Source: a virus. From it: 64,000 bases of DNA. The translations under genes and the position numbers were made by a program. The notes under the pieces were generated by a model. That model ran no database searches. It saw nothing but the letters and a program-made list of their open reading frames with translations, and was not told the DNA's origin. The stretch is from the IMG/VR virus record IMGVR_UViG_3300027733_000033. One strand, given 5' to 3'. Below are positions 19,690 through 29,070 of this stretch, piece after piece (positions within the stretch are counted from its first letter, which is position 1; every line of letters begins with the position of its first letter).

Positions 19690-20589
19690 TTATTGTGGGC
19701 GATGCTTAAATCTAGAGATAGCAATTTGTTTCACTTTGCTAGTTAATTTTGCCGCCATTTTGGCTAGCAGAGGTCCTTTCTTGGCAATGATTCTTTCCAT
19801 TCTTTGCTTTTCAGGTAAAGTCAATTCCGCATCAGACTTACCATTAGAAAGTTTTCTTTTTAACAAACCGACCGCAGTTCTACGTGCGCGGTCTTCAATT
19901 CTTTGAGGAGAAGGCATAGTGTGTAAAGCCAATTTCATGCCGCGTTGACGTTTAACCGCGCTTCTAGCAAATACCTGTCTGCGTTTAATTCTATCTGCTA
20001 CGGTTAACCCTTTCCAAGCTTCATCAACAGTAGACAATTCTCCCTCTAATGGGTCTTGTTTTGATTTTTTAAGTTTACCCGCAGATTCGCCTGCTTCGTC
20101 ATCATCGTCATCAACAACATCAGCAACAGAATCGCCTGTATCACTCACAACATGCAATTCGTCTGAATCTACAGCACCTAAGTCAACTAGATCTTCAAGA
20201 TCGTTAACATCGCCTAGCATATTATCGATTTCTTCATCAGACATATGTTCCATGCCATCTTCAATATCCATATTCACGTCTGCGAATTTACCGGTTTCAT
20301 CGCCTTGTTTTCCTGCCGCTTTGCGGTCATTGTCTACCGGCTTAGTTATATCAGAAGATGTAGACATAGAAACAGAACCGTGTTCCATTAATTTTTTTCT
20401 AAAATCTTTAAAATTCATAACACTCTCAGATGTCGTTGGCATAAGAATATTCATAGCCGATTGTTTTAATTCTGCCGGCACATTAGCCGTTTTTAACTTC
20501 TTTAATATCTTAGCATTAGCGTCTTTATCTTTAAGGTCAACACCAAAGATATCTGCTAAAATTTTGATTACATCTTTATTCTGTTTCAT
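19690..20589 (-). CDS. Hypothetical virion/head-associated protein
   Basis: Acidic middle and very basic C-terminus; internal MNFKDFRKKLME motif. Confidence 0.65.
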   Translation of the reverse strand: MKQNKDVIKILADIFGVDLKDKDANAKILKKLKTANVPAELKQSAMNILMPTTSESVMNFKDFRKKLMEHGSVSMSTSSDITKPVDNDRKAAGKQGDETGKFADVNMDIEDGMEHMSDEEIDNMLGDVNDLEDLVDLGAVDSDELHVVSDTGDSVADVVDDDDDEAGESAGKLKKSKQDPLEGELSTVDEAWKGLTVADRIKRRQVFARSAVKRQRGMKLALHTMPSPQRIEDRARRTAVGLLKRKLSNGKSDAELTLPEKQRMERIIAKKGPLLAKMAAKLTSKVKQIAISRFKHRPQ

Positions 20590-21199
20590 TAAGCACCTTA
20601 AAGTCTTTATAAGATAATATTGATTCAGTCAAGCCTTTAACGCCTAACCCCTTTTGCGCTAACTTCCAAACGATTTTAGCTTCAGCATCAGTACAAGGAT
20701 CTGGTAAAGATTTTCTAAAAGAATCAAAATCGCCCTCAGTAACATATTTGCGCATAGCTGTGCCCGACATACTAGCAGCATCGCTTTCATCTGCATCTGG
20801 ATCGCGTTGAAGCGCCATTACCTTTACACTTTTGAATTTGAAATAATCTCGGCTTTCAGCAAAAGCCGGCAAAGATTTACTGTATTCAGGATATCTATCC
20901 GAACCACATACAATAATTATATTCTCATAATTATGTTCATTTGCATAATGTAATAAGTTACCTATGATTTTGACTTTAGTATCTGGGTCAAGTTTGACCG
21001 TACCACGAGTCCATTTGTTCATCAGTTTAGCTTTTACATCATATGGAAGTGGGTTCTTTTTATTTTCTGTATGAGATAAAAATACAGCTGGGTCTGCATC
21101 ATGTTGTTTGGCAATTCTTTCAATTTCAGTAACCAACGCCATATGACCTTTATGAAAAATGTTTGCTCTGCCGAACGCGCATACTAATGTCTTTTTCAT
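20576..21199 (-). CDS. HIGH-family nucleotidyltransferase (cytidylyltransferase/NMNAT-like)
   Basis: FGRxNxxHKGH, KKNPL, VCGSDR, MSGTAMR. Confidence 0.85.
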   Translation of the reverse strand: MKKTLVCAFGRANIFHKGHMALVTEIERIAKQHDADPAVFLSHTENKKNPLPYDVKAKLMNKWTRGTVKLDPDTKVKIIGNLLHYANEHNYENIIIVCGSDRYPEYSKSLPAFAESRDYFKFKSVKVMALQRDPDADESDAASMSGTAMRKYVTEGDFDSFRKSLPDPCTDAEAKIVWKLAQKGLGVKGLTESILSYKDFKVLNETE

Positions 21200-22101
21200 A
21201 ATTTAGCTCTGTTTTTAAATTCAGTTGTAGTAATTTTAACTAATTTATCAGATATCTTCATAACGATACCCTCTAAATTTTTACCAATCATATCTTTGCC
21301 TTGTATGTTTTGGTGAGATATAATGTACTCAGCCAACTCATCTTTAAGTTTTTGAAGCATAGCCTTTACCGCTAACTTTTCTTCTTTGTCTGCGGCTTTT
21401 CTGCTGTTGATAATTTCAATCGTTCTGTCTGTGATTGAATCAAGAGGACTAATAAATCCAGAAATATCAATCTCTTTCATTTTTAATGTTGGATCAAGAA
21501 CCTTAATTGAATCGCTTGAAGTAGCATAAAGCGCCTTGAGTATTTCTGCTTCATCAGGATGAGTTTCACCGGTTGATGATACTAAAACTTTCAAAGGAAA
21601 TAATGTCATTAAAGAACCCAGTTTAGATTTGTCATATTTGACAGACACAAACTGAATCCAATCGTTTTCTTGTTTACCCAATGGATTATATAGCGTTTCT
21701 ACGACAACCTTTGAATCGGTAGGTAAAACGGCGGCAAATTTACTTGATTTAAAATGCTCAAGAACGTCATCATAATGTGCCGAGCGTTCAAGCACAATAG
21801 GATCGGTAACGCCTTTAGATTTATTGAATGAAGTGAACGCGCCTGAATCAAAAATTGGACCAGAACGTGAAGACTCAACGTATATTTTACCGGCGTCATT
21901 TTTACCTACTCTGAAACCAAATCCATCCACTTTAAGCGCTACCGGTATGTTCTTAAGTTTACCTTTGAGTTCAGATTTAACTGAACGCATAAAATTGATA
22001 AACTCAACATCCTTCATTCCTTGAAGATGTATAATAGATTCGCGACTGGTAGCAACAACTGCTTCGTCTAATTTTGCTCTAAGTTGACTAAATGTTATCA
22101 T
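21196..22101 (-). CDS. Ligase-fold (KxDG) nucleotidyltransferase with capsid-targeting-like N-terminus
   Basis: MITFSQLRAKLDEA; LKVDG motif I; EGIV and VKI motifs IV/V. Confidence 0.6.
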   Translation of the reverse strand: MITFSQLRAKLDEAVVATSRESIIHLQGMKDVEFINFMRSVKSELKGKLKNIPVALKVDGFGFRVGKNDAGKIYVESSRSGPIFDSGAFTSFNKSKGVTDPIVLERSAHYDDVLEHFKSSKFAAVLPTDSKVVVETLYNPLGKQENDWIQFVSVKYDKSKLGSLMTLFPLKVLVSSTGETHPDEAEILKALYATSSDSIKVLDPTLKMKEIDISGFISPLDSITDRTIEIINSRKAADKEEKLAVKAMLQKLKDELAEYIISHQNIQGKDMIGKNLEGIVMKISDKLVKITTTEFKNRAKL

Positions 22102-22102
22102 A

Positions 22103-23248
22103 TCACACCTTGTAATTTTTATAGTAATCAGCAATCATCTGTTTGTATTTGTCCAGATTGATATTAGCTTGTTGAGAGAAATAATAAACTCCAGGGAACT
22201 TCTCATCATAATCGCCTAAAGGATTTCCTTTAACGATTCCTTGAGCGCCTTTGCCAAACAATCTTTCAACATAATCGTCAAAAATTTCAGCAATTTGTGC
22301 ATGTGATTTATATTGTTTAACCAGTTTCACTAAGCCTATAAACGATTTCATACTTTCGATATCGGCTTTAGTAGCCTTTTTTTCAAAATAGATATCAAAA
22401 ATTGTTTCAAGTTCGGTATGGATTACAGAATCTTTAGCATCAATTTCATCATACACAGGTTTACCGTTTTGCATAACGATATTCCCAGCATCATCTAAAT
22501 GCGGAACGTAACGGAGTCTCAAGCCTTTTTGAACAGAGAATGCTAACTTAGTCTTATCAGTTTCTTTAGGCTTTCTGGTTTTACCTGTAAGAATAATGAT
22601 TGGCTCTTTTTTATCTGCGGCTAAACTTTGCATCAAGAATTTATGATGTAAGCCTTTAATTCCTTCAACGATATCTGTCCAAGATGATGAATGAGAGAAA
22701 TTACTCCATTCTGTTGGTTTACCGTTTTTAAAGTCAACCAATTCAAAATCAATCTGAATATTAATATCAAACTGTTTAGAGTACCATAATGAAATAAATT
22801 GACCAGCAGAATTTTTATGACCGATTAAGGTAAGGTCGCCGTATGTTTGATTGACAGATTTGAGTAACCAATCTTCAATCATAGGCGTTAATAGAACGTC
22901 TGCTTGAGTATCAATATCACCGACAGATTTCTTTTTAGAAGAAAACAGGTTTGAATCGATATGTTTTAAATCGAAAAAGTGAAACGCTGAACCAGATAAA
23001 AATTCTTTTGATTTGAGTAACTTTGCGTCCCATAAAGGTAAGCCGTTCATTTTAGTGAATGCCGCAGACATTTTATGAAGTGCGTCATCAAGGACAGGCA
23101 CAATGTCGTCACGTTTTATTTTTGAGAGGTCGATACGTTCTGCGGAAATGTCACCAATAGATACATTTCCGCCACATAATAATAATTGTGGTTGCCCATA
23201 ACCACCATTTAAATTATCAACTTTTAAATATTCGTGTAATAAACTCAT
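22103..23248 (-). CDS. Pol-beta-fold nucleotidyltransferase-like protein
   Basis: SGS...GDID and QIDF acidic motifs; KGxxH. Confidence 0.6.
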   Translation of the reverse strand: MSLLHEYLKVDNLNGGYGQPQLLLCGGNVSIGDISAERIDLSKIKRDDIVPVLDDALHKMSAAFTKMNGLPLWDAKLLKSKEFLSGSAFHFFDLKHIDSNLFSSKKKSVGDIDTQADVLLTPMIEDWLLKSVNQTYGDLTLIGHKNSAGQFISLWYSKQFDINIQIDFELVDFKNGKPTEWSNFSHSSSWTDIVEGIKGLHHKFLMQSLAADKKEPIIILTGKTRKPKETDKTKLAFSVQKGLRLRYVPHLDDAGNIVMQNGKPVYDEIDAKDSVIHTELETIFDIYFEKKATKADIESMKSFIGLVKLVKQYKSHAQIAEIFDDYVERLFGKGAQGIVKGNPLGDYDEKFPGVYYFSQQANINLDKYKQMIADYYKNYKV

Positions 23249-23286
23249 GTTAAACCTTGTTAAATATAATAGAAAAATTTATAAAA

Positions 23287-23360
23287 GCCACTCGCGGAAC
23301 GTCAATTCCCAGTAGCGCTAATCATTCTAAAGATAATTTAAGGAAATTACTATGACCAGT
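23287..23360 (+). promoter_or_regulatory. Conserved two-hairpin leader RNA (copy 1 of 4)
   Basis: GCCACT-CGC-GGAA-cgtcaa-TTCC-C-AGTAGC, then CT-AA-TCAT...ATGA-CC-AG. Confidence 0.75.
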
Positions 23361-24044
23361 ACAAATATATGCGTAACAGAAAAACTTTTTGCGATAAGTG
23401 AAAATAAATTATACATGGATAGATACATAAAATTTATTAATCATTATGAGTCTATGCAATACACAATAAGTGGATATTTTGAATATCATCACATATTACC
23501 TAAATCATTATTTCCAGAATTCAAAATATCAAATTTTAATTTAATTAAACTTCCATACAGAGCACATTTTATTGCACATTATTTGTTGGCTAAAGCAACA
23601 AATAATTACAAAATGATTTCAGCATTTAACGGCATGTGCAATCAGAATAAACAAAAACATCAACGGTCATTATCTGTGCTATATGCTGCGGCTAAAAAGA
23701 TGTTTTCAGAAAGTCAACGCGGTTCTTCCAATATAGGTTATGGGATGGTATCTGCGTGGAATAAACAACTTAATGCACGAGTGCGTGTAACAAAAGAACA
23801 ATTTTATTCAAATAAAGAAATTTATGGTGGTGTAACTTGTAAAGAAGCTTTACAATGGAAAACTATACACGAAAATTATATACAGAAACCTCAATCAGAA
23901 TACCAAAGAATGCGTGCATCTGAAACAAGTTTAAACACAGCTTCAGCAAAATTAGTGTCAACCGGAGAATCTTTAGGTCGAATTTCTAAAAATGATATTA
24001 GATGGTCAACTGGAGAAATTGTAAGTGCCAATAAAAAATGTTAA
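23352..24044 (+). CDS. Free-standing HNH homing endonuclease
   Basis: EYHHILPKSLF...NLIKL..RAHFIAHYLL; antisense to the flanking operon. Confidence 0.85.
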   Translation: MTSTNICVTEKLFAISENKLYMDRYIKFINHYESMQYTISGYFEYHHILPKSLFPEFKISNFNLIKLPYRAHFIAHYLLAKATNNYKMISAFNGMCNQNKQKHQRSLSVLYAAAKKMFSESQRGSSNIGYGMVSAWNKQLNARVRVTKEQFYSNKEIYGGVTCKEALQWKTIHENYIQKPQSEYQRMRASETSLNTASAKLVSTGESLGRISKNDIRWSTGEIVSANKKC

Positions 24045-24076
24045 GTGTGTATGAAATATGTTATTATATTTAGGCT

Positions 24077-25417
24077 TTATTGTATAATAATATACAACGC
24101 GCTTGTAGATGTTATTTTTTTAGAAGAGAAATAGCAAAATTTCATATTTTCTTCAAAGTCTTGCTCTGTTTTTGGTAAAACCAAAAAGCTGTAAAGGAAA
24201 GAGATTAAATTGATGAATCTATTTTTGGTTAATGGTGTTCCAGAATCTATTATAGACAACGCATCAGCATAACTATGGATTGTATTTGACAGTCTAGGAT
24301 ACTTATTAAACAATTCCTGTAGTTCATGTTTAGCCGTTTCATAAGCCGCCGCGCTAACCTTACCATTTCTTAAGGAATAGTTAAATTTCTTTTTAATATG
24401 AGCTGGGTAATCTTTAGCATCAACAGCGCCTAACTGGAAACCTGCTCCATTAAATCTTGATTCTAATGAAACGTTTAACGTAGATGCTGATGCTTTAAAT
24501 CCACATCTAACAAGGAATCCAGAATTTGTATAAATTATGAAGTTGGCAAAGGTATCAGATAAATCAACTTTGCTAAATTTAAAGTCGTATTCCAATTTTG
24601 AGTTCAACAACTCATTTGGATCAGTAACACTTAACTTGGCAGAATCTTTTGTAATTTGTTTCAACGAAATAGGAATAACATTTCTTTCCTGAAACGCTAC
24701 CGCTAAATTGGTATTTAGTTCTTCAATACTATCCACGTTATAGACTGCGTGTAAATTAAAGCCGGCTTTAATCATCCATACGTCAGCTGGGTTCCAATTA
24801 TCGTTAGCTTTCTTAGATAATTTTCTGGCTGTAGCGTATAGATCTTTTGTGTATTTACCAGACTGTCTTTCGTAGGTGTAACCGCCCATGTGAAGGAATT
24901 TTTTCAATTCAAAAGTTTGCTTCAAAGCGCTTGAGTAATATAACGGGCTGTACAAATCTACAAACTTAGCATCTAATTTACCTACCACATCGTCTTCAGA
25001 TAAAATTTTATTATCTTCTATAGCAGACTCAAACATATACATACTGATTAATTCTTTCAATTCAGTCAATAAGTTTGTGTTACTTTTGGCATTTTTGCTG
25101 TAGTGATTGAATAGGGTATTTAGTGATGACGCGCTACCGGTAACGAGTAAAATTTTGTTTGTAGCATCTTGTAAGGCAATTTGGTCTGTACCAGAATTTA
25201 TCTGTAAAATGTTATCTGGTGTTTTATCTTTATCTGCTATTTTAAAAATACTTTTTCCTGGCACGTATCCAATGTTTGTGAATTGGCTTGCCATTTTCCC
25301 ACTTAGTTTATCTTTTAAAACTAATTCATGACCTGTACCGTATTTCGTTGCAGCACCTACTATGGTGGCTTCTAATAATGAATCTAGACCAGATCTAAAA
25401 TCTTTAAATGTTAACAT
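24077..25417 (-). CDS. PD-(D/E)XK restriction-like nuclease with capsid-targeting-like N-terminus
   Basis: MLTFKDFR...LLE; KE...WNPADVW...ISLKQ; ACTAAATA late-type promoter at about 25441-25448. Confidence 0.6.
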   Translation of the reverse strand: MLTFKDFRSGLDSLLEATIVGAATKYGTGHELVLKDKLSGKMASQFTNIGYVPGKSIFKIADKDKTPDNILQINSGTDQIALQDATNKILLVTGSASSLNTLFNHYSKNAKSNTNLLTELKELISMYMFESAIEDNKILSEDDVVGKLDAKFVDLYSPLYYSSALKQTFELKKFLHMGGYTYERQSGKYTKDLYATARKLSKKANDNWNPADVWMIKAGFNLHAVYNVDSIEELNTNLAVAFQERNVIPISLKQITKDSAKLSVTDPNELLNSKLEYDFKFSKVDLSDTFANFIIYTNSGFLVRCGFKASASTLNVSLESRFNGAGFQLGAVDAKDYPAHIKKKFNYSLRNGKVSAAAYETAKHELQELFNKYPRLSNTIHSYADALSIIDSGTPLTKNRFINLISFLYSFLVLPKTEQDFEENMKFCYFSSKKITSTSALYIIIQ

Positions 25418-25505
25418 AAAATCTCCTATTTTGATACTATTATTTAGTGAATTTCAGGCGTAAAAAAGCCGGCTTAATAGCCGGCAGACTTCGGAGAGTA
25501 ATGAA

Positions 25506-25994
25506 TTAAATCATAGCAACAACAGCGTTAAATTTAGCTACAGATTCAACGATAGCTTCTTGAACGGTTAATCTTAATTCTGGTTTCAATAAATCTAAAA
25601 ACGATAACACTTTTTCAGCGGTATCAACGTTAACATTAACGCGATCGTTGTTTAAAAACACAACTTGGTAATTACCTTCAGTGTCAATAGTTTTGTACAA
25701 TTGGGTACGGATATTTGATTCAAACTCAACATCGTTAGTTTCGATATCGTTATCAGCTAAGTCAACGACAGACACATTAGGAATAGCGTAGATACCAGTA
25801 GATATTCTATTATCACGTTGCCATTTCCATAAAAACGATGGAGCACCTTTAACGCCGAAATATGCGTTAGTCAATTCAAAGTCAGTTTTAGTTAAACCAG
25901 AAACGCCTTTTGGCGAACGGTTATAAAAGGCAACTGCAACGCCTAAGTATTCGTCAGGAGTAAATTTAGCTTTAGAAGAAGTTTGGTTAGTCAT
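25506..25994 (-). CDS. Hypothetical early protein (true start MTNQ)
   Basis: GGAG RBS; the upstream MKLNLN is part of the promoter repeat. Confidence 0.7.
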   Translation of the reverse strand: MTNQTSSKAKFTPDEYLGVAVAFYNRSPKGVSGLTKTDFELTNAYFGVKGAPSFLWKWQRDNRISTGIYAIPNVSVVDLADNDIETNDVEFESNIRTQLYKTIDTEGNYQVVFLNNDRVNVNVDTAEKVLSFLDLLKPELRLTVQEAIVESVAKFNAVVAMI

Positions 25995-26097
25995 TTTATA
26001 CGCTCCGGATAATTCATTAAGGTTTAACTTCATTACGATCTATTATACTATGTTTTTTGTAAAAGTAAAGCTTTTTTTATCTTTTTTAAAAATAATT

Positions 26098-26433
26098 TTA
26101 CTCAACATTGTGTTTTAAGAAGTGGTTGATATCAGAGTAATACTTAATATCTTCTCTATCCCATGAACCGGCTTGGTAACTATCGGCATACTGTAATCTT
26201 TGCTCAGCGTTTGCTTGGCGTTCAATATAATGTTCTTTACCATAAAAGCCGTATGCAACCTGTAATAAAGTGTAGGAAATATCTTCTGATACTGAATAGG
26301 TATATTCGACCAACTTTCTAATTGCTTTATGTTCAGGGTTGAATTGGTTTTTTATAACTTCTTCAGCAGGTGTTGCTTTAAACTCAGCTGCGATTAAAGC
26401 CACTACTTCAGTCAATTTAATTTTATTAGTCAT
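26098..26433 (-). CDS. Hypothetical protein
   Basis: ORF; its leader (TCCGGAGCGTATAAAATGACTAA) is identical to that of the 25994 gene. Confidence 0.65.
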   Translation of the reverse strand: MTNKIKLTEVVALIAAEFKATPAEEVIKNQFNPEHKAIRKLVEYTYSVSEDISYTLLQVAYGFYGKEHYIERQANAEQRLQYADSYQAGSWDREDIKYYSDINHFLKHNVE

Positions 26434-26489
26434 TTTATACGCTCCGGATAGTTTATTAAGTATGAGTTATTATAATTGATTGGTGCGAA

Positions 26490-26702
26490 TTAATCAAGCA
26501 CTTTTTTAACAACAGGAACTGTCATCCAACCCATAGGTTTTCCGCTGAACGTTTCGCCTACATAAATTTGTCCTACTCTTAAACCGTCTGAATCTAGCAA
26601 TTCCCAGCAAGGACCAGCTTTGCGCAACTTTAGAACTAATTCGTGGTTTTCGCCAGCAGCCATCCATTTGTCTAGATTTGTAAATTGTTTTAATTTATAC
26701 AT
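26490..26702 (-). CDS. Hypothetical early protein
   Basis: ORF behind a class-1 cassette. Confidence 0.6.
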   Translation of the reverse strand: MYKLKQFTNLDKWMAAGENHELVLKLRKAGPCWELLDSDGLRVGQIYVGETFSGKPMGWMTVPVVKKVLD

Positions 26703-26839
26703 TTTCAACTCCAATTTAATTACGGTTTAACTTCATTAGACTCTATTATACTAGAATTTTATCAAAAGTAAAGCTTTTTTTAATTATTTTTAAAATTATT
26801 TTTAGGCGCAAAATAGCCGGCACAAAGCCGGCTAATTCA

Positions 26840-27379
26840 TCACGCAAATTTACTATTAATGAAGTTTAAAATCTTTTCTTGGTCAGAGAAGTTTTCATTT
26901 TTGAATTCAGTAATTAAATCCATATAGTCAAAGTTGCCTAGGATATTGCTAATCTTAGTATCCTTAGACTTTAAAAACTGCTCGGGTTGGTTACTACCGC
27001 GTTCATCATATCGACTTTGCAAGGTAGCCTTATCAGCAGAAATAACCAAAATATCAAATTGAGTATTAGGTAAGCTAGAAAAGAAGTCGTACGACTTCTG
27101 ACCGGTAAGCCTATCACCCTCAAACATAATATTCACATCAGTTTGTTTTGCCCAATTGATAACCTCTGGCAGAGTAGCCATACTGAGGCGGTCTGTGCCG
27201 GCAAATACTTCACCTTCGTCATACTTTCCTAGGATATGTAAATTCAAATCTTTACAATATTCTGACGAAACAAGTTTAGCTTCTTCGCGCCGCTCCCAAG
27301 TATAGTTTTTCATAAACTCACGAAACAAAGTAGTTTTACCGGTTCCAGGGACACCACAAACAGCAATAATTTTTCTCAT
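26840..27379 (-). CDS. P-loop nucleotide kinase (base-modification-associated type)
   Basis: GVPGTGKTT; LGKY...FAGTDRLSM; FEGDRL. Confidence 0.8.
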   Translation of the reverse strand: MRKIIAVCGVPGTGKTTLFREFMKNYTWERREEAKLVSSEYCKDLNLHILGKYDEGEVFAGTDRLSMATLPEVINWAKQTDVNIMFEGDRLTGQKSYDFFSSLPNTQFDILVISADKATLQSRYDERGSNQPEQFLKSKDTKISNILGNFDYMDLITEFKNENFSDQEKILNFINSKFA

Positions 27380-27756
27380 AATTCAGCTCTCACGTTTTCT
27401 TTTTCAGTAGGGGAATCTATAGCAATAACATGTACTTTTTTACAGTAATTTTTTAAGGTTTCTATTTGAATAGGATCGTCCTCAAAATGAAACTGAATAT
27501 CATAACCAGACTCGATCAGCATTTCGATAGTTTTAGCCTTATGTAAACCAGAACTAACGCGAGTTTTTTCATGATATCGAATAGGATTAAAGAAGACTTG
27601 ATTATAAATACCGCGCTGATGTAACATAGTTAGCGTTGCCCGCGTTTCTTCTATAGATCTACCGGTTATAATAATATCATCTGGGTCAGGTCTAACACCG
27701 CGCAACCCTTTGCCCATATAAATAACGCCATCAATATCAAAAGTGTTAATTTGCAT
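27376..27756 (-). CDS. Capless HAD-family phosphatase
   Basis: FDIDGV, ITGRS, K, FEDD. Confidence 0.85.
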   Translation of the reverse strand: MQINTFDIDGVIYMGKGLRGVRPDPDDIIITGRSIEETRATLTMLHQRGIYNQVFFNPIRYHEKTRVSSGLHKAKTIEMLIESGYDIQFHFEDDPIQIETLKNYCKKVHVIAIDSPTEKENVRAEL

Positions 27757-27804
27757 TCATAATACCCTAAAGTTAATTTTACTATTCAATTATAACTTAA
27801 TTAT

Positions 27805-29067
27805 CTAACAAAGTAAAGAAAAATCTACAGGCTCAACGTCTAATTCTTTGAAGATAACTTTAGTTTGAATATCGACCCATTTAGATCTAACCATGTTATC
27901 TTGAAGTAATTCATACATAGCGGCTAACTCTGTAACATTATCGAAATAGAATTCTGGATTATTAGGGAACATAACCCTATCGACATCACATTTTGAATAC
28001 ACAACTATTGGTGTTCTTGCGACAAGGGAATCATAGCAGGTTTTACCAACATAAGAAATATTCTCTCTGCCTTTACCTACAAACAAATATGCAAGGTGAT
28101 TATTAATAAATTCAAAATATTCTGGGGAGTTGCCCAATATGCTACCTTGTTCTATATCAACAACAGGAATATCAGAAGATAACTTGTCAACATCACCAAA
28201 GAAATGTATCGGTGGCAAATTAGCAGGATTTTCCTTTAGTAAATTCTTAAAGACTTTCAACCGCGTTTTGTTAATTCCACTCAAAAAGCCTATAAAACAA
28301 AACGAATTATTTTTAGGAACAGTTTTATCCAGATAACCATATTTGCTATGGTTTTCTTTAACAAGGAAAAAAATATCATCGGAAAGGTATATTGTGTTGC
28401 GTTTTACCACATCTTCTGAAACCAAGCCGGCTAATGGACCAGCTGATTTTTTATTGAGCACAGTATCATATAACCAGTTTATTTTAGGCGAACCATTAGC
28501 TAACCAATAGACATTATTGTAATCTATAAATTGTTGAGTTTCGACAAATGTTTTAGCCTGCTCATATGCTTCTGGGTTTTTATCTTTAATATTTTTTTCC
28601 ATGCCGTCTATATTTAACATAGCAAGTTTTAAGTAATCACATGCGACATCTTCAGAATCAGTAACCCGTATCATAACAGGCTTATTTTTTCTGCTAAACA
28701 TATTAGAAAGTTTATATTGTAAGATAGATCTACCGCTTAACATACCACCGAAAATAACACCATAATTTCTGGTTGTTATCAATATATCATATTCGTCGGA
28801 AACACGTTCGATACCAATATCATCAGTCACCAAAATTGTTTTATGAGGAAAATCAAAACAACTATCACCCTCTAATGATGCGACATCGTACCGTTCAACC
28901 AGACGCAAACTGTTTTTTGATAAGGTTATCAAATCAACAATAAGGTCTGGTGTGTACTGTTTCTGTTTTTCGTACACAGCATTGAAGTACAGAAACTCCG
29001 ACATGATTTTACCGCCCATTGTCACATCGTTTGTAATCAAAATTCCAATTTTTAATTTTTTAGTCAT
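27805..29067 (-). CDS. DNA glycosyltransferase, T4 beta-glucosyltransferase-like (GT-B)
   Basis: SEFLYF / VDLITLSKN / EYDILI...IFGG / VTD parallel the T4 BGT motifs SETIYL / VDIISLKN / DYDRLI...FFGG / FTD. Confidence 0.65.
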   Translation of the reverse strand: MTKKLKIGILITNDVTMGGKIMSEFLYFNAVYEKQKQYTPDLIVDLITLSKNSLRLVERYDVASLEGDSCFDFPHKTILVTDDIGIERVSDEYDILITTRNYGVIFGGMLSGRSILQYKLSNMFSRKNKPVMIRVTDSEDVACDYLKLAMLNIDGMEKNIKDKNPEAYEQAKTFVETQQFIDYNNVYWLANGSPKINWLYDTVLNKKSAGPLAGLVSEDVVKRNTIYLSDDIFFLVKENHSKYGYLDKTVPKNNSFCFIGFLSGINKTRLKVFKNLLKENPANLPPIHFFGDVDKLSSDIPVVDIEQGSILGNSPEYFEFINNHLAYLFVGKGRENISYVGKTCYDSLVARTPIVVYSKCDVDRVMFPNNPEFYFDNVTELAAMYELLQDNMVRSKWVDIQTKVIFKELDVEPVDFSLLC

Positions 29068-29070
29068 AGT

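Noticed and set aside
25995-26033. Shared N-terminus MKLNL(N/K) on ORFs 25506..26033, 40659..41072 and 61176..61457, and MELKM/MEVKM on others
   Set aside because: These residues are translations of the repeated promoter leader/RBS. Better starts with GGAG RBS lie downstream, so this is not a protein motif.
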